From Utricularia gibba (Eukaryota > Plantae > Magnoliophyta), in contig NEEC01000004.1 in assembly GCA_002189035.1 (NCBI GenBank), positions 4,898,001 through 4,962,000 of the forward strand: a stretch of 64,000 bases of DNA, written 5' to 3'. Within the stretch, counting starts at the first letter, position 1; each line of letters starts with the position of its first letter. The position numbers and the translations under genes are program-made. Below are positions 25,861 through 39,426 of the stretch, one piece after another. The notes under the pieces are model-generated. The model was not told the DNA's origin and did no database searches. It worked only from the letters and a program-made list of their open reading frames with translations.

Positions 25861-26885
25861 CAATCTCCCCCTCACTCTCCTCCTGCAAAATGGAAATGCA
25901 CATAACCTTATACAAGGAAAATATCCATTCCGTACCAGATATTTCTAATTCGATCCATTACCATCAAATCAAACCCATAAAACGAAGGATAGAAAAATAG
26001 AGGAAACGACGCAAAACCTCGATCCCAAATCCTGGAAAAAAAACCTAGAAAATCTTCCAATGAAATTCGACAGTGCACGCACTGTAATGTCCATTAACGG
26101 GGTTAAATAACCAATAACCAGCCCTAACCCATTCACCAGCAAGAAAAATTATGCCAATACCCAAAGATCATACCTCAGTGAACCAGACAGAAGAAGATCG
26201 CAGTACTGGAAAAGAGTCGGTGATCTATTCTACCTCAAGGATTCTTAAATATAGCGCAACATTAATAGCAGAGCAACTTAAAAGTCGGCACACCAACGGT
26301 CTTTTCCTGGACTTAGTTTGACCGTCCCCATCAAAAAAATCCCATTTAATAGTAATTTATTTTTTTAAAAAATATTTTTATATTACAAAGCTAAATCCTA
26401 AATTATAAAAAATAAAATATAAAGTATTTTTAGAAGCAATCTTGTACCTACCCATAAATTTTTGATAAAACAATTGTAAAACAGTAGTATTATGTAGAAT
26501 GTTATTAAAATACTTTTAGTAAATATTATTTATCGATAATTCAAAATTTACGTAAAAAGATAATTTTCATATAAAATCGAATATGAAAAGAAATCACTAT
26601 TAAATAATAAGATTATACATACACCTAGTATATTATACTGAATATTCATTACCATTAAATGTATTGAGCTTCAGCATTCAGAAGGCTCACCAAGATCCAA
26701 TTTCTGGTAATAAAAATAGTTAAATATAATTCTCGTCCGAAAAATGGTAGGAAACAGAACCTTCACCTACAACTACATGCTGCATCTTAATGCTACCAAA
26801 AACCTAAAACTTCAATCAAAAATCAAAGTCTGGAAACTCATCAGGGTCATCTTCATTGAGGAAAAATGCAGCTAGAAGTCCCTTT

Positions 26886-27850
26886 TTAAGAGATCATCAT
26901 AAATTCATAATCCACATAGACATAATCATAATCCTCATAGACATTATCATAATCCGAATCATCGTATTCGGAGTCACCAGAAAAGGGTTGTGTTTCACAA
27001 TGACCCAAAATCTTCACCTCCGGAAAGTGCTTCTGCAGTTCTTTAAGATCGATATGAAGGCAACCTGTAATATCTAGATGCTCAAGATGCGGGCAATGAT
27101 GCCTGATGGCTTGAAAAGCAGCAGGGCTTATGCTGCAATAGGACAAGTCTAAAGTTGTGATGTTAGAAAGCATTGGCTCCAGCATTTCAATCATCACATT
27201 GTCTACTCGAAGTCCCAGTATCCGCAACGTTTTGAGGGCCTGTGAACTGAGAAACAACAGATTCGCTGCAATCAGGTAATCCCCATCATGGAATGAAAAT
27301 GCAAAAAACACAAGCAAAGGAGATATGCCACGATCAAAAAAAAAAGGAAAAAGAACCATGGCATGATATTAACATGTAAACACAATGCATGGTGTTTTTG
27401 GAAGCCAATTAAGCTTCTGAAAAAACAGTCATCTGTTATCGAATAAATTCCGAGACTTTCGACATTGGTGAGCAAGAAGATTCAGGCACGGAACAGTTAT
27501 AAAAGCAGGCAAGAGAAGAAGCCTATTTATTAACTGTAATTTACTTACTGCTTTCCAATCAATATAATGCTTTTAACAGAGAGATGGCAATCCATAATGA
27601 GCTCTTGGAGCGAGCCACAACTTCTGGGAAGGAGTAATTCAAGTATAGAGTGGATTGTTTCTCGATTAGAGCTAAACCGTCGTAAGTCTATCTGCTGCCA
27701 AAAACATGGACTCATGGACACTTTTAGCCATGATTTGCAAACCGCTGGGACTGTAGTAAGCAACTCATAATGTGACAGTTTCTTGAATATTTCGCGAAGT
27801 ACATCAGGAATTAAATCATCCCAATCCTGAGAATCGCTCGTCACGCCCAT
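26886..27850 (-). CDS. FBW2-like F-box/LRR protein, copy 4 (LRR-deleted type; tail possibly frameshifted)
   Basis: WDDLIPDVLREIFKKL F-box exon and exon 2 from 27246. Homology to the copy 3 tail (..NEDDPDEFPDFDF*) continues out of frame to ~26813. Confidence 0.88.
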
Positions 27851-28931
27851 CAATCCCCTACTCTTCACCTCCAAAATGGAAATGCACATGATTTAATACT
27901 GTTAACAGGGAAAAAAAAAGCGGTAGCACATCTTCCAAAAAATCGTGATAAAAATCCATTCCATCCCAGATATTTCTATTCGATCCATTACCATCGAATC
28001 AACCACATAAAAACGAAGTACAAACCAAAAAGAGGGAGAAAGATAGAGCAAACGACGCAAAACCTCGATCCCAAATCCAGGAAAAAAAGTTGAAACAAAA
28101 TTCGACGAAGTACACACAATCATACCCAGCAATAGGGTGAAATAACCACAACAACACATCAACCAGCAAGAAAAATATTACTGCTTCCCAAAGATTACCT
28201 CAAATGAGCCACATAAAGAAGCTTGCAGTACCGGAAAAGAGTGCACTATCAATGCCGCCTCACGGTTTCTTAAATACTACAAAAAAATCAACAAGAGAGC
28301 AACTAAAAGGTCGGCATACTAACTGTCTTTTCCTTGTATTGCTTTTTCTTTTTTCAATTCTGTGATAATTCGTTGGTTAATTACATAATTTCAAACTAAA
28401 ACCCCCAAATTCATACAATCTAAATTCACGTGTTGAACATTTAATGAATTTAATCCAAATAACCTAAATCGTATATCAAATATAAATTATTAAAATTAAT
28501 GATTCAGTAGATTGAATAAACATACATAAAAATCAAATATACAATAAGCATACATATAGTTTCAAAGTTTCGTTTAGAGTCGGTCATGTTAAACCATGAT
28601 AACCCGATCGTCTGAAATTTTGGATTCAAACGATGATCTTATATTAGATTTCAGTTGACACATTTCATATTGAGTATGATATTAATATTACGATATTTTA
28701 TAAATTGTGATTAATTTTCGTTATACATAGTATATCGTTTCGAATCTCATGAAAGTCTGATTCTATAATGAAGATTGGGATTAGAAAGATAGATATTTTA
28801 GGAGATACACGAGTATAATATAAATATTTGAAAAAATTAAATATAATTAATTATTAATAATTTGCAATTTTTTATTTTAGTTTATCTATATGATGTTGTT
28901 TGCTGAATTTCTATAAACCAATCATACACAC

Positions 28932-29911
28932 GTGTTTAATAAACTTATCATAAGCTATAAACAAACACGCGAAACAAATGCGTTGTTCATGAAACCAGGA
29001 ATGCCAATGCACCTTGCATCTACTTCAAGCTTCGGGAACCTTTTCAGGAACGCATCGCCCAGTTCTACGAACCAGCAGCATGCGATATTCAAGTACTCGA
29101 GATGCTTGCAGTTTTCGATTATCATTTCCGCGTCTTTGGTGTACAATCTCAGGCCCCTGATGCGCAGATCTTTGAGACCCAGCATCGTGGAGGCGATCGC
29201 CGTGGCTTCATCTCCTTGAGGAGATTTTATGTAGGCTGTGGACCTTGGGAGCTTGTAGTCCACTTCCACCTCCCGATAAAAGCTTGTGAGGAGTCTGCAG
29301 TGCTTCCCGATCGATCGGATTGCCGCAGCTCCGACGTTCTCGCAGTAGCTCAGGTCCAAGGTCGTGATCCGAGAAAGAAACGGAGCAGCCCTTTCAAGTA
29401 CTCCATCATTCACAGAACAATTCCTCAGCCCAAAAGTCCTCAGAGATTGAGCACTAGAAAACCAAAACGATCCGCGAACATCAGACGGTTGAATACAGTA
29501 ACAATGGGGCGAAAAAAAAAAAGGTTTTTACTCACTATGCTGCAATCAACATGAGGGTTTCATTGTTAGAGAGATAAGGGACGAGGAGCACTTGAATTGC
29601 ACCGCCGGTTCTCGGAATCAGAACTCGAAGCATTCGATCGACGTGATGTCTCCAGGTGGACTCATAATCCAACTCCAAATCATCATCCACCATGGATTCC
29701 TCCTCAAGCTGTTCCAGCCACCCGAAATAGTGGTCACACCTCCATTGCCGTAAGTCTATCTGCAGCCAGCAGTAAGGACCCACCACCGCCGTCCGCCATG
29801 ATTTGCATACCGCGGGTACGACGGTAAGCAATTCGCGAAGCGGAAGCTTTATGAACACCAAGGCCAGAACATCGGGAATCAACTCATCCCACCCCGGAAA
29901 TCACTTCCCAT
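28932..29911 (-). CDS. FBW2-like F-box/LRR protein, copy 5 (full LRR set, no acidic tail)
   Basis: MGSDFRG-WDELIPDVLALVF (needs +1 base at 29892-29895), PAVCKSWRTAVVGPYCW, short intron 29535-29452, then ITTLDLSYCENVGAAAIRSIGKHC..QGDEATAIASTMLGLKDLRI..HLEYLNIACCWFV..KRFPKLEV. This matches the Arabidopsis FBW2 layout as recalled. Confidence 0.88.
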
Positions 29912-30758
29912 CCCGGAACACAGACACCTAAGAAAACTCTGCATACCGTACGTTGTTTAAAGTGGGTTTTTATAGGAGGGTGATTATGGGGAATGTTTTT
30001 TTTTTTTTTATAAAGCTACAAAGTTTTTATAATATTTTTAAAATTGACTATTTATTATTTATTTTTAATAAATTAAGTCAAAATAATAATAATAATAATT
30101 TTTTATAAAATAATCGATGTAGCGATTATGAAAACGTGATTGCTTACACCTTTTTTTAGAGGTATTAATTTTATTTCCAATATTCCAAATGTTATTCTTT
30201 ATTCTCAATATTGGTATTTAAGGAACCTTTTTTTTTCAATGACAATTTTTGGAACCAATTTTATTTTTTTTAAATTCAAAATATTTTTAATATAACTCAT
30301 TTTTTATCTGCTAATATAATTTAATTTTATTTCTAATTCCATAAAAATAACATTAAATTTATTTCGGATAGATTTAAAAGTAAAATTTTTTGTTTTACAA
30401 AATACTTCTTAATTATAATTTTATAAAAAAATTTTAATTTATTTTTTATTTTGTAAAAAGTGAAAATGACAACAATTTCAGATTATATAAATCTAATAAT
30501 TGCGAAAACGCGGTTAATAGATGAAATTACAGATATGCCCCTACCTACACTTTTCCGGCTCAATTTAAAATGTTTATTATTTAATTTCAATTTTTAAAAA
30601 AAAATCATGAAAACATTGTCTGCCTTAATTTCTACGTAGAAGTGATTGCTGAGAATCTGTACCGTTCTAACACGACAACATAAGAATACAAGAAACCATG
30701 AAGAGGACCACCTAACTCTAAAGTGGATCTGATCTAAGAAAAAAAAACCGGGTGGAGA

Positions 30759-31858
30759 TCAGAGGATGAAGAATCCCTCGACGCCAAATTCTAAACCATA
30801 ACCGGAAACAGGGGAGTTCAGTACCTCCTGATAGAGAAAATCATCTAATGAACTTAGCCCGTAGAGGTGCAGATTCGTGTTCTCGAATCCGTTGCTTGTT
30901 CCGGAGGAAGTATCAATTGTATTGATCACGTCGGCTTCCGCCGTGACGGCCTCTGCCACAGCCGGGGGGGCGCTGCCTTTCTCCAGCAGCACCGCCGGCA
31001 TGTGCCCCTCAAACAAAGCTATGTGCCCGAACAGCTTATCCTTCCTTGAAAAGTTAGTCCCACAGGAGCATCTCCATCTGGTGTCACCACAGTGCTTCAG
31101 ATGGCTTTTCAAATCCGCCATAACTGAAAAGCTATTCTTGTTGCACCTTGTGCAGGTATGCGTCTTGGGGCAGTGGCTCCTCTTGAAGTGATTCTTCACG
31201 CAGATGGCACTTTTCAAAGGCCGAAACTTCTTGTGGAGCTTGTTTCTATTGCACCCACGAAGGGACAGGAAAATTTCACCCTTCTGCTGACTATTTCATC
31301 GGACTTCCCAGGCTTCGATAGAGCTTCAAGGGTCTTGAACTGATTCCCATGAGCCCTCATGTGCATCCTCAAATTGGCGTCTCTCTTGAATCCCTTACCA
31401 CAAATGTCACAGAAATGGATGTGTTCTGCAAGCAGTTCAACCGCATCAAGCTCAACTATGTCATGGTCTTCGAATTTCAGCACTTCATCAACACGACTCT
31501 CGCCCTTCGGACTCACCAATACTTCCGGGTTCACGCCCGGGTACCCCTGCTCCGAACGAACACCAGGAAGAGTACGATTCGCGGATATGAGCGCGGCGCC
31601 ATTGACGATTATCTGCTGAATCGCTGAAGCAATTTCAGAGGAGACCATCTCCATTTCAGGATGACCTAGTAAAACGTTATTGTTGACAGAATCAGAGAGG
31701 AATTTCTGAAGAAAGTCCATTCGAGCCCTAACCACCGATAGATTCATCAAGGGGACTCGAGGATCATCAAATCCAGAAGTTGTTGTGGAGACACCGGCGG
31801 AGGATCCCGGTGTCTTGGCGGCGGCGGGTGGGTAACGCATGTCGCCCAGAAACGACAT
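30759..31858 (-). CDS. STOP1-like: STOP1-like C2H2 zinc-finger transcription factor, one apparent 1-bp deletion
   Basis: [44 protein letters not shown]|[54 protein letters not shown]. Frame break at CCC 31254-31256. Confidence 0.92.
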
Positions 31859-34226
31859 CGTTTCGCTAAATTCTAGATAAGCCAGGAACAGACTAGCCAT
31901 TTTCCCAAGAGAAGAATACTTATAAGCTCAGCCGACGGATGAGTTGACATTTTCCACCAAATCCATTAAAAAAAATGTAAATTTGAATTTCTTGAGGGCA
32001 CAATTCTCAATTTAACGAAAATCTATGGGTAACTTGTAATTTATTTCTGGAAACAGGACCATATCAATCAGTAGAATCCAATGCAAAAAAATTTAATTTT
32101 AGACTTTTTAAAGAACTAGTTGTGAATTTATGGAAAGTCTACGTGTGGAAATGCAATAACTTTTTCAACTCGGGAGCGCATCGAAATAGTCATGGAAAAT
32201 AGTCGCAGGAAATCAATGCAAAATTGCGTTTTCAAAATGATTGATTAGTAAAGCCGATTAATTTGTATTTAAGATGTAATTAATTTGATTAATTAATCTC
32301 AGATATTTTTCTAGTGTAACACACAAATTCAAAAGATAAAAAGCAAAATAATTATACGGGTTAGGAATGAGAGTCCCTTTAAAAATTATCTAAATAGTTT
32401 TATTTGCAAGCAACATAAATTTATAAATATTTATTATTCTTAAAAATATATAAATTCAATTTTTATTTTAAAAATATATCCAAAAAATATAAACAAATAA
32501 AGATTGAGAGTTTCTTTGAAACAACTTTATTTTGAAAGCACTAAAACATTTTTTTATCAAATACGAAATTGGTTATGTTTTGAAAAGAATGTAAATCTAG
32601 AATTAATTATTATTTTTAATAAATTGTAGAATACATTTTTTATTAAAATAACTTTTCAAAAAATACTTTTTCGAGAAGTATAATTAAATAATATGAATCA
32701 CTACCACATTCATTTGGGTCTCTTCTATAACCAAAACTTATTAAACTGATTATATTGAATTTTTAAAAATTCTAATATTTAATTTTTTGTAGTGATAAAA
32801 ATTATTGAATTTCTGAAATTTATGTTTTAATGTGAAATAATAAATTAATTAGAAAAATTATACCAATAATTTTTATTTATTTTAAAAATAAATTTGTGTC
32901 CTAATGTTAAATATTAAAATTTAAAATATATAATTATTAATTGAATTGTACAATATAAATTTATAATATTCTATAAAATAGTTTTATATTCTTAAAATTG
33001 ATTATATTTATATAATTATAAAATTAATTCTATGTATTTAGAATACATAATAACCCCTTGGTTTCATATCCAGATTTTAATATGCAGTAACTTGAAAATG
33101 AAGGAAGCCATTAAAAAAAGACGAAGTTAAAGTCATCCATGACATTTGCGTTCTTTGTTTATTTTTATACGGCCATCTGGATTGGTCATGTGACAAATTC
33201 ATATTTGTCTTCTTTCGTTGGACTTTTTTTCCTATTATTTTAATATCAAATTTTTAATCTCGTACCAATAAATTATCATGTACGTGAAAGAAAACCAAGC
33301 TATGCCTTATGTGATACTAAAAAAATTTCATTAATTTCATAATTCAAAAGATACTATTACTTTAATCGTCATTTTTTTTAATAAAATATTATATATTTAC
33401 TATGAACATTTTGGTAATTAATCGTTAATATATACATATACTTCCTGTTATATGATCCATGTAATGTTAAAAATATTGCACGTGCGTGTTGGTGGAAGGA
33501 TGATGCACGATGCATAACATCCTCAACCATCGCCGCGATCCAGTCAACGTTCTCCGCCCATCCCTTCACATTTGTCGGCAAAAGCAGGAGCTGGAAATTC
33601 CTGTTCTGACCATGGGCCACGTGGACGGTAGAGGAAAGAATTAATCCACGTGGATAATGAGGCACAAACACGGAATGATAGAGAAGATTAGTAAATTATT
33701 TTTTTGGAAGAAAGACTTTGAATATATTACATTGGTTTTGCCTTTTGATCCAAGGGACAATGTTGGCACATAGCATGTCCATATGGGCGATTTAGATATT
33801 TCAATATCTTATGATATATGCATGATAAAAATGATCATTTACGATATAATTTTTTTATCTTAATATATGTGAAATAAAAATCGAATTATCATATTTGTAA
33901 ATGATTTTAAATAAAAATGTAACAATCTCAGGTGACTGTTGCCACGGCTAGAGAGCTGCCCTTTGGGGACGGTAGCGAGACTCCACTGGAGTTAGCCCAC
34001 GTTGGCAAGCATGATCCGTTAGAGTCCACCTGTTTTTGACATTTGTATAGGAAGAAATCCCCTACTTACAAGCATAAAATTCAAAGTTGGCTTCTTTTGT
34101 TTGCAGGTTATTGTTGTCCAAGTGTGCACTGGTGGGGGCTGTCTGATAAGCTTGCAGATCTTGTAAGAAGTATCAGAAAATGGGGAGAAACAGACCAACC
34201 AGACACAGAACAAAATGCAGTGGATT

Positions 34227-36241
34227 TCATTCGTCATCCTCGAAATCAATTCCAAGCATAGCTAACCCAAAGTGGTGTCCCATTTCTTCTTCATTTTTGT
34301 GTAGCTGCAGATCATCAGTTGTAGACTTTTTACCTGGTAAAATACTCTTCTTTCTGTTTGCTTCTACTGGAAGCGCTCCCCGGAGAATCTCGAGTGCCTC
34401 TGTGGCTCCTGGTCTGAGTGCTTCATCGTTGTTTATGCAAGCAACTGCTGCTTGCACCAGGCGTACGACTTCGGTCGAGTTCTTCGTGGAGTACTCGATC
34501 CTTCGATCCAGCAGCTTCTCAGGGCTCCCTTGTTGCAGGATTTGCTTTGCCTGAAAAGTTTTCCACATTGTAATCACATATGCCATCATTCTACACAGCA
34601 TGCCTGTGAATGTGATTCGCATCTTCTAAACAAGCACGAGAACACTGATGCAGATGTTTGGTTAAACGTACCCATGAAACCAAGTTCTCTTCCCCTTGCC
34701 CTGCTCTGGTCTCAATTGGCTTCCTTCCTGTGATTATTTCCAGCAGCACAACTCCAAAGGCGTAGATGTCAGTTTTATCTGAAACCTTGCCGTGCTGGAA
34801 ATATTCTGGGGCTAAGTAGCTGCATAATTCAACAAAACACAGAGACCTTGAAAGGCTATCATCGATGGAATACAAACCCCGAGTTCTCTACAGCTCGATG
34901 GTCCACCCATCCACTTAAAAATGGAAGGAACATTTGCCTATCTCAGGCGTTAGTGAAACTTTCTAGTCAAAGATTGCATACCCAAATGTGCCTTTCACCA
35001 TTTTGCAGAGGAAGGGAACTGATGGAGCCGGAGACCATGATGCCAGCCCAAAGTCACATAACTGAACCAGGCGAATAGAACAACATTAGCTAGTAAAGCC
35101 TCATCTTTTAAGTAAAAACTTGAAAAAAATATGCTGATAACGGTTGATGGAAACTACCCTTGGTGAATTTCTTGAAGAAAGGAGTATATTTGAAGGCTTA
35201 ATGTCTCTGTGAACAACGCATCTTTCTGTTCCATTGTGGAGGTAGTTTAAGGCCTCTGCGATTCTGACAGCGATCTTGTATCTTACAGACCAGGATAGTG
35301 CACGGCCTCCATTCATTCCCCTGTTCTTCTCTGCTCCAGAGACAACGCATAATACAGTTAGTTATGCAGTGAGCAGAAAAAAAAAAAAAAAAACTGCAGT
35401 CAAATCAGAATGAGTTGTTCTTTTACCGTGTAAGAATTGCTCTAAGCTCCCCCGGAGACGTACTTGTAGACCAAAAACAAGCCGTTTTCTGCATCAATGC
35501 AAAATCCCACCAAGGGAACAATGTGAGGATGATCCAAGGAACTTGCAATCATAAGTTCTCTTGTGAATGCCTTTGATGACTCCTTGTCGTCTTTATCCAA
35601 ACGCTTTACTGCTACTGCACTTCGCCTGAATCCAACTCTGCCTCTAAATACACAGCTCAGTGCTCCCCTTCCCAGTACTCTACCTGGTTTATTGGAGCTG
35701 TTAGATGTTAAAAAAACAAAACTTGATGTGTTAAAGAGAAGCAGCTACCCTGTGAAAAACTTCTTGTGATAGACAGAATTTCAGAGTAGCTGAAGCGAAT
35801 CAAGGAAAGGGAAATGGGAGAAATATTTCTTTCAAGTGATTCAATTCTGCTGCAGTTGAAATCACCAGACTTGGAATCTGTCATCAGACCGTTGTCCAAA
35901 TTCACCATCAAAACAGTTGTAGAAGATGAAGAGCATTCACTGCCCAAATTTCTTTTCTCAAGCTCCATTTGAGAGCAAACACTAAATCTGAAGGAGGAAT
36001 GGGCCGAATGTGACTCATCTCCGTCGTTTCCACCGGCCTCCGCCAGCAACCAAGCCTTGTTATGCTCAAGACTCTTGCCGCCGCGTCCAGCGTCGATTTT
36101 CTCAGGCGGCCACCTCTTGCTGTGAGGGGCAATGCAACCGAATCCAAAACCCCAGAACATTTTACACATCAAAGATTTGAAACTTGCTTGTGATTCATCA
36201 TCTCCCTCAAAATCAGCACTCCCCCCTTCTTGACACCTCAT
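34227..36241 (-). CDS. Receptor-like cytoplasmic Ser/Thr kinase (At1g66460-like as recalled), 6 exons, one apparent 1-bp deletion
   Basis: [47 protein letters not shown]|[22 protein letters not shown]. Frame break in YVSG(G)SLE at 35449-35453. Confidence 0.92.
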
Positions 36242-39200
36242 ATCTGGAAAATGCTAAGAAACCCAGAAACTAGTAGGAATGGTACAAACCCAGAAAATCA
36301 GTCAAGGAAAGTAAAACCAAAAACTGCAAACTGCAAACTGCAAAGTGAATCAATTTGGGAGCAATAAAAGCGTAACCCCGATCAGAAATGTCGGAAATTT
36401 GTCGTTAATCGAATGAATGCTGGGCCGGGATGCAGAAGAAGAAGCCGGTGATGAATGATGATTCATAATGGCTGGAGAATTTTGTCGTAAATGAGCATTT
36501 TACTTCAAGACTGGACCCATAGTTGAACCTTTTCTGACCAAGGTTGAACAATGGCGATGGATACTGCCCAGAAATTGCTACTTACGTGACCTTCCCATCT
36601 CCCCCATCGCGCATCTCCCCCAACACTCCCTCCCACAGAGAAAAGTTTGCATCTTGCTTCGCCATTGAAATCAGGGCACTTGTCCCCATCTCCACGCTTC
36701 ACATCCCCTTCAATCTATCCAACCTGCACCCATCTCATCCAAAGTTTTGATTAATTAAATATTTTAATTATTTATATTTGTATAAATATACATTATCATA
36801 TTGTGTTGGCATACTGATTTAGAGTTTTTTTTTACTTTATTTTGGTTTTTATATTTTAGGATTAAATTTTATGATTTAATAATTGAAGAATAAAAAAGTA
36901 GGAGAAGTGGAAATTAATATAAGGTGTACATATCATGAAGAAGGAAATATAATTTCAAGAAAAAGGACATGAATGGAAAACTCACATTTTTTTAATTTAT
37001 TTTATTTAACCCATATGCAATGAATATTTAAATAAAATATAAATAAAAAAAGACAAATAATTGGACAGATCACCATTACCAACCCAGATGTCGCCTTTCC
37101 TCTTGGATTTGGATGACCATTCTTGCTGGAGTGGGGCCCTGGACCCATGGTGTGTATATAAAACATATTAATTTATAAAATATTCATATAACCATTCTAA
37201 ATATATTTATTTAAAATACTTTCTACATGAATTTTCTTAATTAAATAAGTTTTAATTCTTTTTCTTTCTGTCTATTCGATGCAAATATGAAATATAATAA
37301 TAGTTTGCTAAAATATATTTATTAAACATGTTTTCAATTATAAATTTATAATGAATATTTATTAATTACAAATATCTTTATCACATCTTTCGATAAAAAA
37401 AAGTGATTCAATCCGTTTAAATAAGAATTTATTTTTAAAATATAATTAAAATTATTAAATTTTATTTAATCCATGATAAAAGATTCATTTCAATCCATTA
37501 TTGATGAAAAAATATATTTAATTCATTTTTAAAATGAGTTAAGAATGAAAACATGTGCTTGGAAATTTTAATTGGATATTTATTTAGTTATTATTCTATA
37601 TTTTCCTTATGTAGAATAAAATAATGTTTTTTTTTGAGAAATCGTTTAATTATTATAAGGATTTCCATTTTTGGATAAAAAAAATGAAGATTCATTATAG
37701 AAGAAGAAGCCGGCCCATGTATCAAAAGGGGAAGATGGCCCATTGGACCCACAAGGTAACTGGGCCTTCTCCGTGTTTGCATTGGCAAAGAAAGCTTTCT
37801 GCTTCGGATTTCTTGTGGGGGGGGGTGGTGGTTTGGTGTTTCACAGACAGGGGCATCGCGTATGCTCATGTATGTATACTGTACTAATGGGGGATTTAGG
37901 GATTTCGGGGAAAGCGGGAGGAGCTCAAGGAAGTGTTGTGCTATGTTCCTGAAGAATTAGTTCTTATATATCGAGAGAAGGTTCTTTTTCTTTCGTTGAA
38001 ACAGATGGGATGCTTTGACCCCCTTGACATGTTTCATGATTGCTCATGTATAGCATATTCATGATTGCTTCTTCACCCCCTTGACATGTTTCACCAATAG
38101 TGACTGCGTTATCTTTTATGATTAGGTAGTACCAGTTGCTTTGATGCTGACAGCTAACCAATTTGAAGCTAAATTATTGACAGGCTTCGGGTATCCATCA
38201 GATACACCTGGTCCAGATCATTTTAAGTTGTGTGAGTATTTTTTTATTTTGAATTTGCATCACGCCAGAATTGAATATGAACATGTTGGAAGAAAAAAGC
38301 TTGTGACGTTCTCCATGCTGCTGGACCATCGAAGGTTATTTTGATATGCTTCTTTTGCTTTCAGTGTGTTGCCTTTTCCATAAGACTTCTATGTGTTCTT
38401 CACTGCTAATCACAAAGTTATGGTCGATGTCATTTCCATGGTAGAATCCACTTTGAGATCATTTGGTCTTATTGGAATAGTGTATTTTCTCCATCTCATT
38501 ATGCCATCTTTTACTCCGATCCTACTCATAGCATTGATATAACATACAGTAGGCTCTGTATCAGATGTCTTCTTTCAGGTTGTGAGAACAAGCATTAATA
38601 TTAATGGTAGCCTCTTTACAACTGGAAGTCATCAGAGGGAGAAGGTATAGCAACGTCGTATTGTTATTATAAATTGAAATGTCGTCTCCCCTCCCTATAA
38701 TTCTTCCCACAAACTACTGGTTTTTTTCTCATTCCCCTTTCAAAGTCTTGGTCTGAGTTCGTGTTATCATCCTTTTAGAATCAACTAAATAATTATCATG
38801 ATGTACTTCCCTGAGCTAGGATGGCATCAGGGTTCTGTTCAGTTTTCGTGTCTCTGTATCAAAAATTCCTGCGTATTTTTTATCTCCTGTCGATGATGCT
38901 GCATCATCTGACACAAGGCAGTTGCGTTTGCTTGAACTTACACAGAGTATCATTGGTGTGTTGGGCAGGGAACTGGAGACCTAATGACTGCACTTCTGCT
39001 TGTCTGGAGCATTGTAACCCCTCACGTTTTGGTCTTAAACCACGAGGTGAATCTGATTTCTGTTTCTTCTCATCGTCATTTTCCAAAGAAATACCCCGAC
39101 GACCGCAAGAAAGCAGCAGAACTCTCTTTTTCAAGCTTCCAGGTACCTTTTTTTCGGTCCTAGGACATCCTTATCCCTGAGAACTTTTGGGGTGTTTGTA

Positions 39201-39426
39201 AGATACGACGGAGGGACAATCATCTTGTAGTTTATTGGATTCGAGAACGCCAGTCAAGCTGCTTGGAGATTCGTCTGGTTCAGAGCCAAGATCACATTCA
39301 TAACCCTGAAATGAAGCTCAAGAACTAGCTATGCAAAACAGTTCATCCACAGCAGTATCTGTATTCTTAAACTGACGGAACTTGAAAGGTTTTCTGGGCA
39401 AGAAGCCAAACGGGTCATCGACAATT

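Noticed and set aside
38560-38660. RTSININGS resembling a LINE reverse-transcriptase motif
   Set aside because: The expected downstream RGLRQGDPLSP motif is absent.
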